64,000 nucleotides of DNA from Candidatus Omnitrophota bacterium (GTDB taxonomy: Bacteria; Omnitrophota; Gorgyraeia; Zapsychrales; Zapsychraceae): NCBI GenBank assembly GCA_015232535.1, contig JADFZM010000001.1, positions 35,263 to 99,262 on the forward strand. The letters run 5' to 3'. The translations under genes and the position numbers were made by a program. Shown here piece by piece: positions 36,649 through 44,993 of this stretch. The notes under the pieces were generated by a model. The model had not been told where the DNA came from and made no database searches. It saw only the letters and a program-made list of their open reading frames with translations. Within the stretch, counting starts at the first letter, position 1; each line of letters begins with the position of its first letter.

Positions 36649-38760
36649 TCAAACAAAGCCCAGTATCAATCCTCCCTGGTATGCGATGAACGAAACTAAC
36701 CAGGCCAAAATCAAACTGTAACCCACACCGAATAGGGTCCATTTTAACGAACCAAGTTCGCGGTACATGACGCCAAGAGTACCGACGCAGGGAATATAAA
36801 TGAGCGTAAAAAGCATGAAAGATAATGCGGCCATTGGCGTCATATCTTTCTTTAGCGCGTTTCGAAGAGTATCATTTTCTTCATTAACATTTTCTCCCGC
36901 TTGATATAAAACCCCGAAGGTCGATACAACTATTTCTTTTGCGGCGATGCCGGTTAAAAGAGCGATCCCTCCCTTCCATCCGAACCCTAATGGCTCAAGA
37001 ACCGGTTCAATAAATTTTCCGGCCCGTCCGGCATAGCTGTTTAAGATATGCTCGTCATGGCTTAACGCTATCTGGGAATCTGACTTTGGTTTTGGGAAAG
37101 CGGTCATAAACCAAATAAGGATTGAGGCAATAAGTATTATACCGCCGACTTTTCTTAAGAAGATTGAAGCTTTTTCCCACATATGAATGAGAATGCTTTG
37201 CACGCGCGGAATGCGGTAGGGTGGAAGTTCCATAACAAAGGGGGCTGCCTCTCCCTTAAATATAGTTTTGCGGAAGAGCTGGCCGACTAATATCGCTAAA
37301 ATTATACCGGTTATATAAATTGAAAAAATAACTGTCCCCGCGTTTCTACCGAAGAAAGTTCCGGCAAGAAGCACATAAACCGGCAATCGCGCGCTGCAGC
37401 TGACCAAAGGATTTATCAGGATAGTCAAGATCCGGTCAGTCTTATTTTCTAAGGTCCTTGCCCCCATAATAGCTGATGTATTGCAGCCAAATCCCATTAT
37501 CATCGGGATAAAGCTCTTGCCGTGTAGCCCTAATGTATGCATCACCCTGTCCATTATGAACGCGGCCCGGGCCATATAGCCTGTATCTTCAAACAAAGAT
37601 ATGAAGAAAAATAATATAAGAATATTCGGCAGGAATACGACAACGCCCCCTATACCTGAAATTATGCCGTTTACTACCAAGTCGTTTAACATCCCATCCG
37701 GAATTGCCGATGAGGCAAAATTGCTAACATGCCCGACAAGGGATTCGATCCAATCCGTAGGATAACCGCCCAATTTAAAAGTTGTTTGGAACATGACCCA
37801 GAGTAGGCCGATAAGGATCGGTATCCCAAGAAGACGGTTGGTTAAAACCTTATCGATTTTATCCGAAAATGTGATACGGTCGAAGGAGCGGTGGCTATAG
37901 GCTTCCTGCAACAGCCCTTTGATAAATCCGTAACGTGCATCGGCTAAAATTATTTCCGATTCGTCATCGAGTATTTTCTCGATATGAGCATGGCTTGAAG
38001 CGACTTGTTTTTCGATATCATCTTTTGCTTGAGCCCGGCCGTATATTTCTTCCGCAACGTTTTTATCATGTTCTAACAACTTTACGGCCAGCCACCTTGT
38101 ATAAAACATTTTCGGTATTACCGGGTCTTTTTTAAGTTCGGCCTGAATTTTCTTTATCTCTTCTTCTACTTCCGCGCCGTAGTTAATGTGGATGTGACGA
38201 GATAACGGCTCTTTTACTTCTTTAATGGCGACCGCTTCTTTAAGCAGGTCTTGAATCCCTTTTCCTATAGTCCCGATTGTGTTCACTACCGGCATACCTA
38301 AAAGTTCCGCCAGCTTCTTCTTATCAATATGAATACCTTTATGCTCGGCTTCGTCAGTCATATTAAGCGCGACAACCGCTTTACAGCCGAGTTCGATAAG
38401 CTGGGTAGTCAAATACAAGTTTCTTTCCAGATTCGTCGAATCGATCACATTTATTATCACATCCGGGCGTTCTTTTATAATGAAATCACGGGCAACCAGC
38501 TCTTCCATAGAGAAAGCGGTCAAGCTGTATGTCCCGGGCAAATCAACAACTTCGATAGTATAGCCTCCGTAATGAGCGTAGCCTTCTTTCTTCTCAACGG
38601 TGACTCCGGCCCAGTTACCTACATGTTGGCGCATTCCGGTAAGAGCGTTAAAAATAGATGTCTTTCCGGAATTAGGATTACCGGCAAGCGCAACTTTTAT
38701 TCTCTTTTGTACCAATTCCACATTAGAGGCTGTTTCATCAATTTCTTTCGTTAACATCAT
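36649..38760 (-). CDS. feoB: Ferrous iron transporter FeoB
   Basis: GNPNSGKT, VGNWAGVTVEKK, DLPGTYSL, GFGCN, CSARLPVY, IYIPC. Confidence 0.97.
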   Translation of the reverse strand: MMLTKEIDETASNVELVQKRIKVALAGNPNSGKTSIFNALTGMRQHVGNWAGVTVEKKEGYAHYGGYTIEVVDLPGTYSLTAFSMEELVARDFIIKERPDVIINVIDSTNLERNLYLTTQLIELGCKAVVALNMTDEAEHKGIHIDKKKLAELLGMPVVNTIGTIGKGIQDLLKEAVAIKEVKEPLSRHIHINYGAEVEEEIKKIQAELKKDPVIPKMFYTRWLAVKLLEHDKNVAEEIYGRAQAKDDIEKQVASSHAHIEKILDDESEIILADARYGFIKGLLQEAYSHRSFDRITFSDKIDKVLTNRLLGIPILIGLLWVMFQTTFKLGGYPTDWIESLVGHVSNFASSAIPDGMLNDLVVNGIISGIGGVVVFLPNILILFFFISLFEDTGYMARAAFIMDRVMHTLGLHGKSFIPMIMGFGCNTSAIMGARTLENKTDRILTILINPLVSCSARLPVYVLLAGTFFGRNAGTVIFSIYITGIILAILVGQLFRKTIFKGEAAPFVMELPPYRIPRVQSILIHMWEKASIFLRKVGGIILIASILIWFMTAFPKPKSDSQIALSHDEHILNSYAGRAGKFIEPVLEPLGFGWKGGIALLTGIAAKEIVVSTFGVLYQAGENVNEENDTLRNALKKDMTPMAALSFMLFTLIYIPCVGTLGVMYRELGSLKWTLFGVGYSLILAWLVSFIAYQGGLILGFV

Positions 38761-38987
38761 AACTCCTTTTGAGGTATAATTTCGATAAGGTGGGCTAAAC
38801 TTCTATCTAGTGCCAAGCGGCATCCTCCTAAACCGACAATTAGGTTATTCCCTGAAGTGTATTGCATTATCTCTACTTCTTTGCCTGAAACAAAACCTAA
38901 TTCAGCTAAAAATATTTTTAAATCAAACTTACCGCGTAACCCGACTACAACTCCCTTGTTTCTAAGCCCTAACATTGAAAGAGGCAT
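38757..38987 (-). CDS. feoA: FeoA family protein
   Basis: LAELGFVSG, RLALDRSLA; in the feo operon. Confidence 0.85.
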   Translation of the reverse strand: MPLSMLGLRNKGVVVGLRGKFDLKIFLAELGFVSGKEVEIMQYTSGNNLIVGLGGCRLALDRSLAHLIEIIPQKEL

Positions 38988-39019
38988 ATTGATTCTCCTT
39001 TAAAACAGAATGGTTAAGA

Positions 39020-39247
39020 TTAAGCTTTAGCCACATAAACATCGTTTGCCTCTTCTCTTCTTAAAGAAACATGATAACCCTTTAAAACAAGCTCCATAGG
39101 ATCCCCTAGTGGAGCTAATTTCTCTACATAAATATCTGTTCCCCGGACAAATCCCATTTCAAGAAGTCGTTTTTTAATACTTTTACTTCCAACCACTTTG
39201 ACAACCTTGCATTTCTCCTTTACTCCGATTTCGCTTAATTTAACCAT
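39020..39247 (-). CDS. feoA: FeoA family protein
   Basis: KRLLEMGFVRGT, APLGDP, VSLRREEA. Confidence 0.93.
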   Translation of the reverse strand: MVKLSEIGVKEKCKVVKVVGSKSIKKRLLEMGFVRGTDIYVEKLAPLGDPMELVLKGYHVSLRREEANDVYVAKA

Positions 39248-39280
39248 TCTTGCTCCCTTCCATTATATTAGTCGTGAATT

Positions 39281-39295
39281 TGATAATCATTATCA
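39281..39295. promoter_or_regulatory. Fur box upstream of feoA
   Basis: Perfect TGATAATCATTATCA. Confidence 0.88.
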
Positions 39296-39314
39296 GTAAA
39301 TTCTCAAAAAAATA

Positions 39315-39749
39315 TTACTTATTGCAAGATTTGCAAATGCCGTACAGATCAAGGCGATGCCTTTGCGGCAGAAATCCGTAAGCATCAAAAAGCTTGTCTT
39401 GAAGCCTCTCGATCTCGGGATCAAGCACTTCGACAAATTTGCCGCATTTTGTACAGATAAGATGGTCGTGATGCTGGGTCTCATCCTGATATTCATAGCG
39501 CGTTGTTCCGTCATCAAGCTTAAGTTCCCGGCAAAGGCCGCATTCGCATAAGAGTTTTAGCGTCCGGTAAATAGTGGCAAAGCCTACCGAAGGGGTTTTC
39601 TTTTGCACTAAAACAAAAAGCTCGTGAGCGGTCAGATGTTTACCTGAATCTAAAAAGTCCTGCAGAATGCTCATCCTCTGCTCGCTGTGCTTTAGGTTTT
39701 TAGTAGCCAGGTAATTATGGAATATTTCAATAGCGTCTCTATTAGTCAT
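39315..39749 (-). CDS. fur: Ferric uptake regulator
   Basis: HLTA, ATIYRTL, HHDHLICTKCG, C-terminal CKSC. Confidence 0.93.
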   Translation of the reverse strand: MTNRDAIEIFHNYLATKNLKHSEQRMSILQDFLDSGKHLTAHELFVLVQKKTPSVGFATIYRTLKLLCECGLCRELKLDDGTTRYEYQDETQHHDHLICTKCGKFVEVLDPEIERLQDKLFDAYGFLPQRHRLDLYGICKSCNK

Positions 39750-39767
39750 TTTGTCGCTTTATGAAGT

Positions 39768-39782
39768 TGATATTCATTATCA
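39768..39782. promoter_or_regulatory. Fur box upstream of fur (autoregulation)
   Basis: TGATATTCATTATCA, one mismatch to the other two. Confidence 0.75.
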
Positions 39783-39847
39783 TGATGAAGAATAACATTT
39801 AATGCTTCTTTTGTCAAAGGATTTTAATTTAATTTATCAGATTCAAT

Positions 39848-40231
39848 TTATATGTTTGATCCGACTAGAGGTAATTCCTTAGTGATCGAAAATGTTACTA
39901 GAAATCTTACTTTACCTTCGTCATCATCATTTTTGCAGCGATGGGCTCTTCTTAAGCGATCGACTTCTTCTTTGTTTTGGGTTTCGCTTATTTTTAGGAG
40001 GTACAGCCTTTTGCCTTTGTATCCCGGGCCGTCTTCTTTAAATAAAAAACAAGCTTTTGGGTTTTTCTGAAGGTTGCTATGGCTTAGTTTATCGGCCATG
40101 ATAAATGCGATATTCCCGTTATCCAAAACATGCGGCCGCGAATAAATCGCCGAATCAACCTCTCCTTTATTGTCCGATGTCGATAAGACGCTTATACCTT
40201 TTGTTCCCTCAAAATAATCTTTAAGTTTCAT
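39848..40231 (-). CDS. Pyridoxamine 5'-phosphate oxidase-like (split-barrel) protein
   Basis: VLSTSD..G.VD.AIYSRPH, SHSNLQKNP, ELPLVG. Confidence 0.75.
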   Translation of the reverse strand: MKLKDYFEGTKGISVLSTSDNKGEVDSAIYSRPHVLDNGNIAFIMADKLSHSNLQKNPKACFLFKEDGPGYKGKRLYLLKISETQNKEEVDRLRRAHRCKNDDDEGKVRFLVTFSITKELPLVGSNI

Positions 40232-40258
40232 TATAACTCCTGTTTTTTATTTGTTGGT

Positions 40259-40960
40259 TTATGATTTCTCGCAATAGAATGCGCATACTGTTCCGCCAAG
40301 CATTTTATCTGTTGATACAATTTTTAACTTTGACAAGGCTATGTATTTTACAATATCTTCGGGTTTAACAAAAGATTTTATTGAAGATGAAAGATATGAA
40401 TACGCCTTATATGATCCGCCGAATATATTAGCGATAATAGGAATTAAATTCATTAAATAATAGTGAAATATTCTTCCGAAGAATGAATTTGTCGGCGGAA
40501 AGAACTCTAAGATCGCAAGATTCCCCCCTTCCTTAAGCGAGAATGATATATCTTGCAAGGCCGTTAAAGGGTCGGGTAAGTTTCTTAGGCCAAAGGCTAT
40601 TGAAGCAATATCAAAAGTACCCTCCCGAAAAGGCAAATTATAAATATCGGCTTCTACCGGGATAATGCATTCTTCCTTCTTCGATCGGATTATTTTAGAT
40701 TGAGCTTTTATCAGCATTTCATGGGAGAAATCAACGGAGTAAATTTTAGAGTGCTTAAGTATTTTTGCGAGCTCTAAGGATATGTCGCAAGTCCCGCAGC
40801 ATAAGTCCAGGACTTGCTTATTTCTTAGCGCGGAAAAACTCTTAACCAACTTTTTCCTCCACCTCCTATCAAGGTTAAAGCTAAGTACACGGTTCAGGAG
40901 GTCATAGCGCGCAGCTATAGCAGAAAATAGTTTTGATAAATTGCGTTTATTAGTGTCCAC
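40259..40960 (-). CDS. ubiE: UbiE/MenG-type methyltransferase
   Basis: FSAIAARYDLLNRVLSF.LDRRWR, LDLCCGT, IAFGLRN, AYSYL. Confidence 0.85.
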   Translation of the reverse strand: MDTNKRNLSKLFSAIAARYDLLNRVLSFNLDRRWRKKLVKSFSALRNKQVLDLCCGTCDISLELAKILKHSKIYSVDFSHEMLIKAQSKIIRSKKEECIIPVEADIYNLPFREGTFDIASIAFGLRNLPDPLTALQDISFSLKEGGNLAILEFFPPTNSFFGRIFHYYLMNLIPIIANIFGGSYKAYSYLSSSIKSFVKPEDIVKYIALSKLKIVSTDKMLGGTVCAFYCEKS

Positions 40961-40980
40961 TTTGGAATATAGTATCGTAT

Positions 40981-41742
40981 TTAGCTGATGATGCCTCGTA
41001 TGTACTCTTTAGTTATTTCTTCCTGCGGGTCTTCAAAGATATCGTCGGCCGGGCCATGCTCAATAAGTCGGCCCATGTAAAGGAAAAGCACATAATCCGC
41101 GAGCCGTTTCGCTTGGCGTAAAATATGGGTTACGATGATGATTGTATATTGCTGTTTAAGCTCTAAAAAACGTTTCTCTATATGCTGGCTAGATTTGGGG
41201 TCAAGCGCCGATGTCGGTTCATCGCCGAGAATTATTTCCGGGCCGACGGCAAGGCCGCGGGCTAAACACAACCTTTGCTGCTGCCCCACCGAGAGATGCG
41301 ATGCCGGAGAATGAAGCTTAGCTTTAACTTCTTCCCAAAGGCTGGCTGTTTTAAGGAAATGTTCGACTATCCTATCTAATTTGTGTTTATTCCTCTCTCC
41401 GTGCAGGCGAGGCCCGTAAGCGATATTATCATAGATGGACATCGGAAGCGGATACGGTTTTTGGGAAAGCAGGCCCATTTTCTTCCGTATGCGGGTTACT
41501 TCCACGTTCGGGCCGTAAATATCTTCCCCGTCGACAAGGACTTGGCCGGTTACTTTGATATTATCGCTTGGGTCTAAAAGGCGGTTGAATGATTTTAAAA
41601 GCGTTGTTTTCCCGCAACCGGACGGGCCGATGATTACCGTTATTTTCTTGTTTGGTATCTTAACGCTTATATCTTTTAATGCCTGGTCTTTGCCGTAAAA
41701 GACGCTTAAGTTTTCAACTTTTATATGGCCTTTTGATTCCAT
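40981..41742 (-). CDS. pstB: Phosphate ABC transporter ATPase
   Basis: GPSGCGKT, SIYDNIAYG, QQQRLCLAR, DEPTSALDP. Confidence 0.93.
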   Translation of the reverse strand: MESKGHIKVENLSVFYGKDQALKDISVKIPNKKITVIIGPSGCGKTTLLKSFNRLLDPSDNIKVTGQVLVDGEDIYGPNVEVTRIRKKMGLLSQKPYPLPMSIYDNIAYGPRLHGERNKHKLDRIVEHFLKTASLWEEVKAKLHSPASHLSVGQQQRLCLARGLAVGPEIILGDEPTSALDPKSSQHIEKRFLELKQQYTIIIVTHILRQAKRLADYVLFLYMGRLIEHGPADDIFEDPQEEITKEYIRGIIS

Positions 41743-41752
41743 TTTTGCCCTC

Positions 41753-42604
41753 TTATCTCACAATATGCCGGGTGAATTTCTTTGTCATTAACCGGGAGAT
41801 TATGCTTATGCTAAGAATTATTATTGTCAAAATCAAAGCCGCCGCGTAAGCTCTTCCCTGCACGGCGGGGATAGGTGAAGAAAATTGAAAGAAAATAGTC
41901 AGCGGCAAAGTAGCGACCGGGCTAAATAGCGATGTCGGAAGCGAATCGGTAAACCCGGCTGTAAAAATCAATGAAGCGGCGTCGCCTATGCCCCGGCCGA
42001 AAGCGATAAGAACTGCCGTGGATATTCCAGGAAGAGATTGCCTAACAACAACCTTAAAGGCTGTTTCAAATCGAGTTGCGCCGAGCGCGTATGAAGCATC
42101 CATTAGCGGTTGCGGTACCATTCTTATTACTTCATCCATAGAGCGGGTCATTATCGGCAAAATAAGAAAAGCAACTGTTAGCATACCTGCAAGCAACGAA
42201 CATTTAAGGCCTAAAACCAGCATCAGAGTAAAGCCGAAAGCTCCATAAACAATCGAAGGTATTCCCCATAAGACATCAAATGTAAAACGGGTAAAGTAAG
42301 CTAATTTTGATCCTTTTTTGGCATAAACATTAAGGTAAAGAGTAATCGGCAGGCTTAACAAAAATGCCAAAATGGTAGCGCCTCCAGTTAAGTATAAAGA
42401 TCCCAATATGGAATTTAAGATACCCCCTTCTTTCCCTAAATAATAACAAGTTTTGGGGGTTTGGGTAAACATTGCCCAGCTTAAATGAGGCAATCCCTTG
42501 ATTATAATCGTCAGTAAAATCATAGATAATACCGCTACAATTAAGGCCGTAGAGGCGATCATTAGAAATTTGAAGAAATTCTCTTCTAAGGAACGTTTAT
42601 CCAT
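41753..42604 (-). CDS. pstA: Phosphate ABC permease
   Basis: GGILNSILGS, GIPSIVYG, ASYALGAT. Confidence 0.9.
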   Translation of the reverse strand: MDKRSLEENFFKFLMIASTALIVAVLSMILLTIIIKGLPHLSWAMFTQTPKTCYYLGKEGGILNSILGSLYLTGGATILAFLLSLPITLYLNVYAKKGSKLAYFTRFTFDVLWGIPSIVYGAFGFTLMLVLGLKCSLLAGMLTVAFLILPIMTRSMDEVIRMVPQPLMDASYALGATRFETAFKVVVRQSLPGISTAVLIAFGRGIGDAASLIFTAGFTDSLPTSLFSPVATLPLTIFFQFSSPIPAVQGRAYAAALILTIIILSISIISRLMTKKFTRHIVR

Positions 42605-43529
42605 AATAATAACTGCTCCATTTTGAGCCGCTTAAAATCATTCTCGAAATAATATTGAAATAAAGGACAACCAGCAAAAGAAGCAAAGCCGCAAAAAGCA
42701 GGGCCGAGTCATACATAGGAATAGAAAGCATTTCTCCGTAATTGTTAGCAATAAGCGCCGGCAGCGGATAGGCCGGGTCAAATAGCGATTTGGGGATCCG
42801 GGCAACATTGCCGACTACCATAAGGACCGCGATCGTTTCTCCGAAAGCCCGCGACAAAGCCAAAACAATCGCCGCGACTATTCCCGGCATAGCACGCTTC
42901 ATAACGACATGCTTGATTGTCTGCCATTTTGTCGCCCCTAAGGCTAATGATGCATCTTTCATGTCCTTGGGCACCGCTTTTAAAATTTCAACAGAGATGT
43001 GGATAATTACCGGGAAAACCATAATTGCCAAGACTATTCCTCCGGCAGCTATGCTGTATCCTGTGGAAGAAATTCCGAATAACGGAGCAAGATAATTCTT
43101 GATAAAAGGCACGATCGCCAAAACTCCCCAAATACCGTATACTACAGACGGGATCCCGGCCAGGATATCGATCAAAGGGCTTATCAATTCACGCAATTTG
43201 GCCGGGGCATACTCGACCAAGTAAAGAGAAGTAAGCAGGCAAATCGGAATCGCAATCGCCATGGCAACCCCTGTCACCCATAAACTCCCGGCGATAAAAG
43301 GCAGGAACCCAAATAAGCCCTTGGAAGGCTTCCAAACGGTCGAGAACAAAAGGTTAGGCAAAGTCATCATTGTATGTATCGGATGGGTGCGCAAAAAAAG
43401 AACAAGTATTATTAAAAATAAAGCGAGCCCAAAGATGAGCATAAAAACAAAAAGCGACTTCTCAGCGAATCGATCTTTAAGGATTCTTATTTTCTCAAAA
43501 TTTAAAAATTGTTGAAAGAATCTAGTCAT
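42597..43529 (-). CDS. pstC: Phosphate ABC permease
   Basis: LAGIPSVVYG, ASLALGATKWQT, SRAFGETIAVLMVVGN. Confidence 0.9.
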   Translation of the reverse strand: MTRFFQQFLNFEKIRILKDRFAEKSLFVFMLIFGLALFLIILVLFLRTHPIHTMMTLPNLLFSTVWKPSKGLFGFLPFIAGSLWVTGVAMAIAIPICLLTSLYLVEYAPAKLRELISPLIDILAGIPSVVYGIWGVLAIVPFIKNYLAPLFGISSTGYSIAAGGIVLAIMVFPVIIHISVEILKAVPKDMKDASLALGATKWQTIKHVVMKRAMPGIVAAIVLALSRAFGETIAVLMVVGNVARIPKSLFDPAYPLPALIANNYGEMLSIPMYDSALLFAALLLLLVVLYFNIISRMILSGSKWSSYYYG

Positions 43530-44481
43530 TGCCTATTTTATCGAGGTCTTCATAAACAGTTTGATCGGAAACTTTCATGTAACCGTTCTCAGCCACAAAC
43601 TTCTGCCCGTCGGTTATAGCCCATCGCAAAAAGAGCCGGACTAAATTGTTCTCCGGGCGGCCGTTCGATACAAAATAAAGCTCTCTTGCCGGCGGTGACG
43701 GGTATTTGCCATCGGCGATTGCGGAGGTGATTGTTCTGACATTATCATAGAAGTTTTCATCTTTGTCTATTTTCCCGTTTGAGTTAATGTCAATTGGTAA
43801 GACGGCTATGCCGTCAATTTGTTTTTGCGAATTCAAGTCGTAAGCAAAATTAATATTGTTATAGCCAATCCCTAAGAGGTCTTTTTTAACCGCCTCCGCG
43901 ACCCCTGGGTCGCCGTAAACACCTATGCCTATCAAGTCTTCCTGTTTCCCACCTAAGTATTTTGCCCATGTTTCCGCTGCCCCGCATGAATCAGAACGGG
44001 TATAAACATTTAAGGTGCTCTTATCTTCTTTATTGATTAACTCACCCCATGTATTGATCGTTCCGCTCATAAATATATCGGAGAAACTTTTTTTGGTAAT
44101 GCCTGTGGAAAGTAAAGAAGCTAATCGCGGGTTATTCGAGTTTGCCGTGGCTACAACTGCGTCAATAACGACAGCTACGGCCCAGGCCCCTTTCTTTATT
44201 TCCTCGGGATTTATTTCGCGGGAAACCATCCCCAAATCCACTACTTTGGCCAAGCAATCAGCCATGCCCTTTCCCGCCCCTCCGGCTGAAACATCGATTT
44301 TAATGCCGGGATAAACCTTCTGAAATTCCTCCGCCCATTTTACAGCCATCGGATAAAGCGCCCAGGCGCCGGAAATCGTAATACGCCCCTTTAGGCCAGA
44401 GTTACTTTCTTGGCAAAGGGCTTTATCTAAGGGGTGAACCATCGCAAGAATCAATAATAAAATAACGTAATATTTCTTCAT
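43522..44481 (-). CDS. pstS: Phosphate-binding protein
   Basis: ISGAWALYP, AGGAGKG, GMVSRE, YTRSDSCG; first gene of the pst operon. Confidence 0.88.
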   Translation of the reverse strand: MKKYYVILLLILAMVHPLDKALCQESNSGLKGRITISGAWALYPMAVKWAEEFQKVYPGIKIDVSAGGAGKGMADCLAKVVDLGMVSREINPEEIKKGAWAVAVVIDAVVATANSNNPRLASLLSTGITKKSFSDIFMSGTINTWGELINKEDKSTLNVYTRSDSCGAAETWAKYLGGKQEDLIGIGVYGDPGVAEAVKKDLLGIGYNNINFAYDLNSQKQIDGIAVLPIDINSNGKIDKDENFYDNVRTITSAIADGKYPSPPARELYFVSNGRPENNLVRLFLRWAITDGQKFVAENGYMKVSDQTVYEDLDKIGND

Positions 44482-44993
44482 ATAGACCTCCCTAATGGTA
44501 AATATATATTTTTACGCCCTATATTATCCGCTAAGACGGAATAATTTCAAGTCTTTTTTATTTTCATCGTCGGATAGCCCGCATAAATTGTTTAAATTGT
44601 TGCAATAAATTTATAAACTTTTTTAACTTTGGGATTATATTATCTAAAATTCGGCAGCTGAAAAACCGATATTTTTTGGCCCTATATGAACTCAGTTTAC
44701 ACCCCACTTGAAATAATATTCATCAACTAATTTGATGCTTTAAAAATATCTAAAAATATCTTTATAAGAGGAATTGATCCGGAGGTAACAGATAGACGAA
44801 ATAAGCCTTAAAATCTTAATTGTTATTCTTTTTGCCTTATTTTCCATAAAATATAGATTATCGAAGGAAACTCAGCACAAGTCTTATTTCTTGTTATGGA
44901 CAAGGCTCAAAGCATACAAAAGTTTATCGATGCCACACAAAAATGCCCTGCGAAAACTCTCAATATAAGGCTTCCTATGCCTGATTACTTGTA

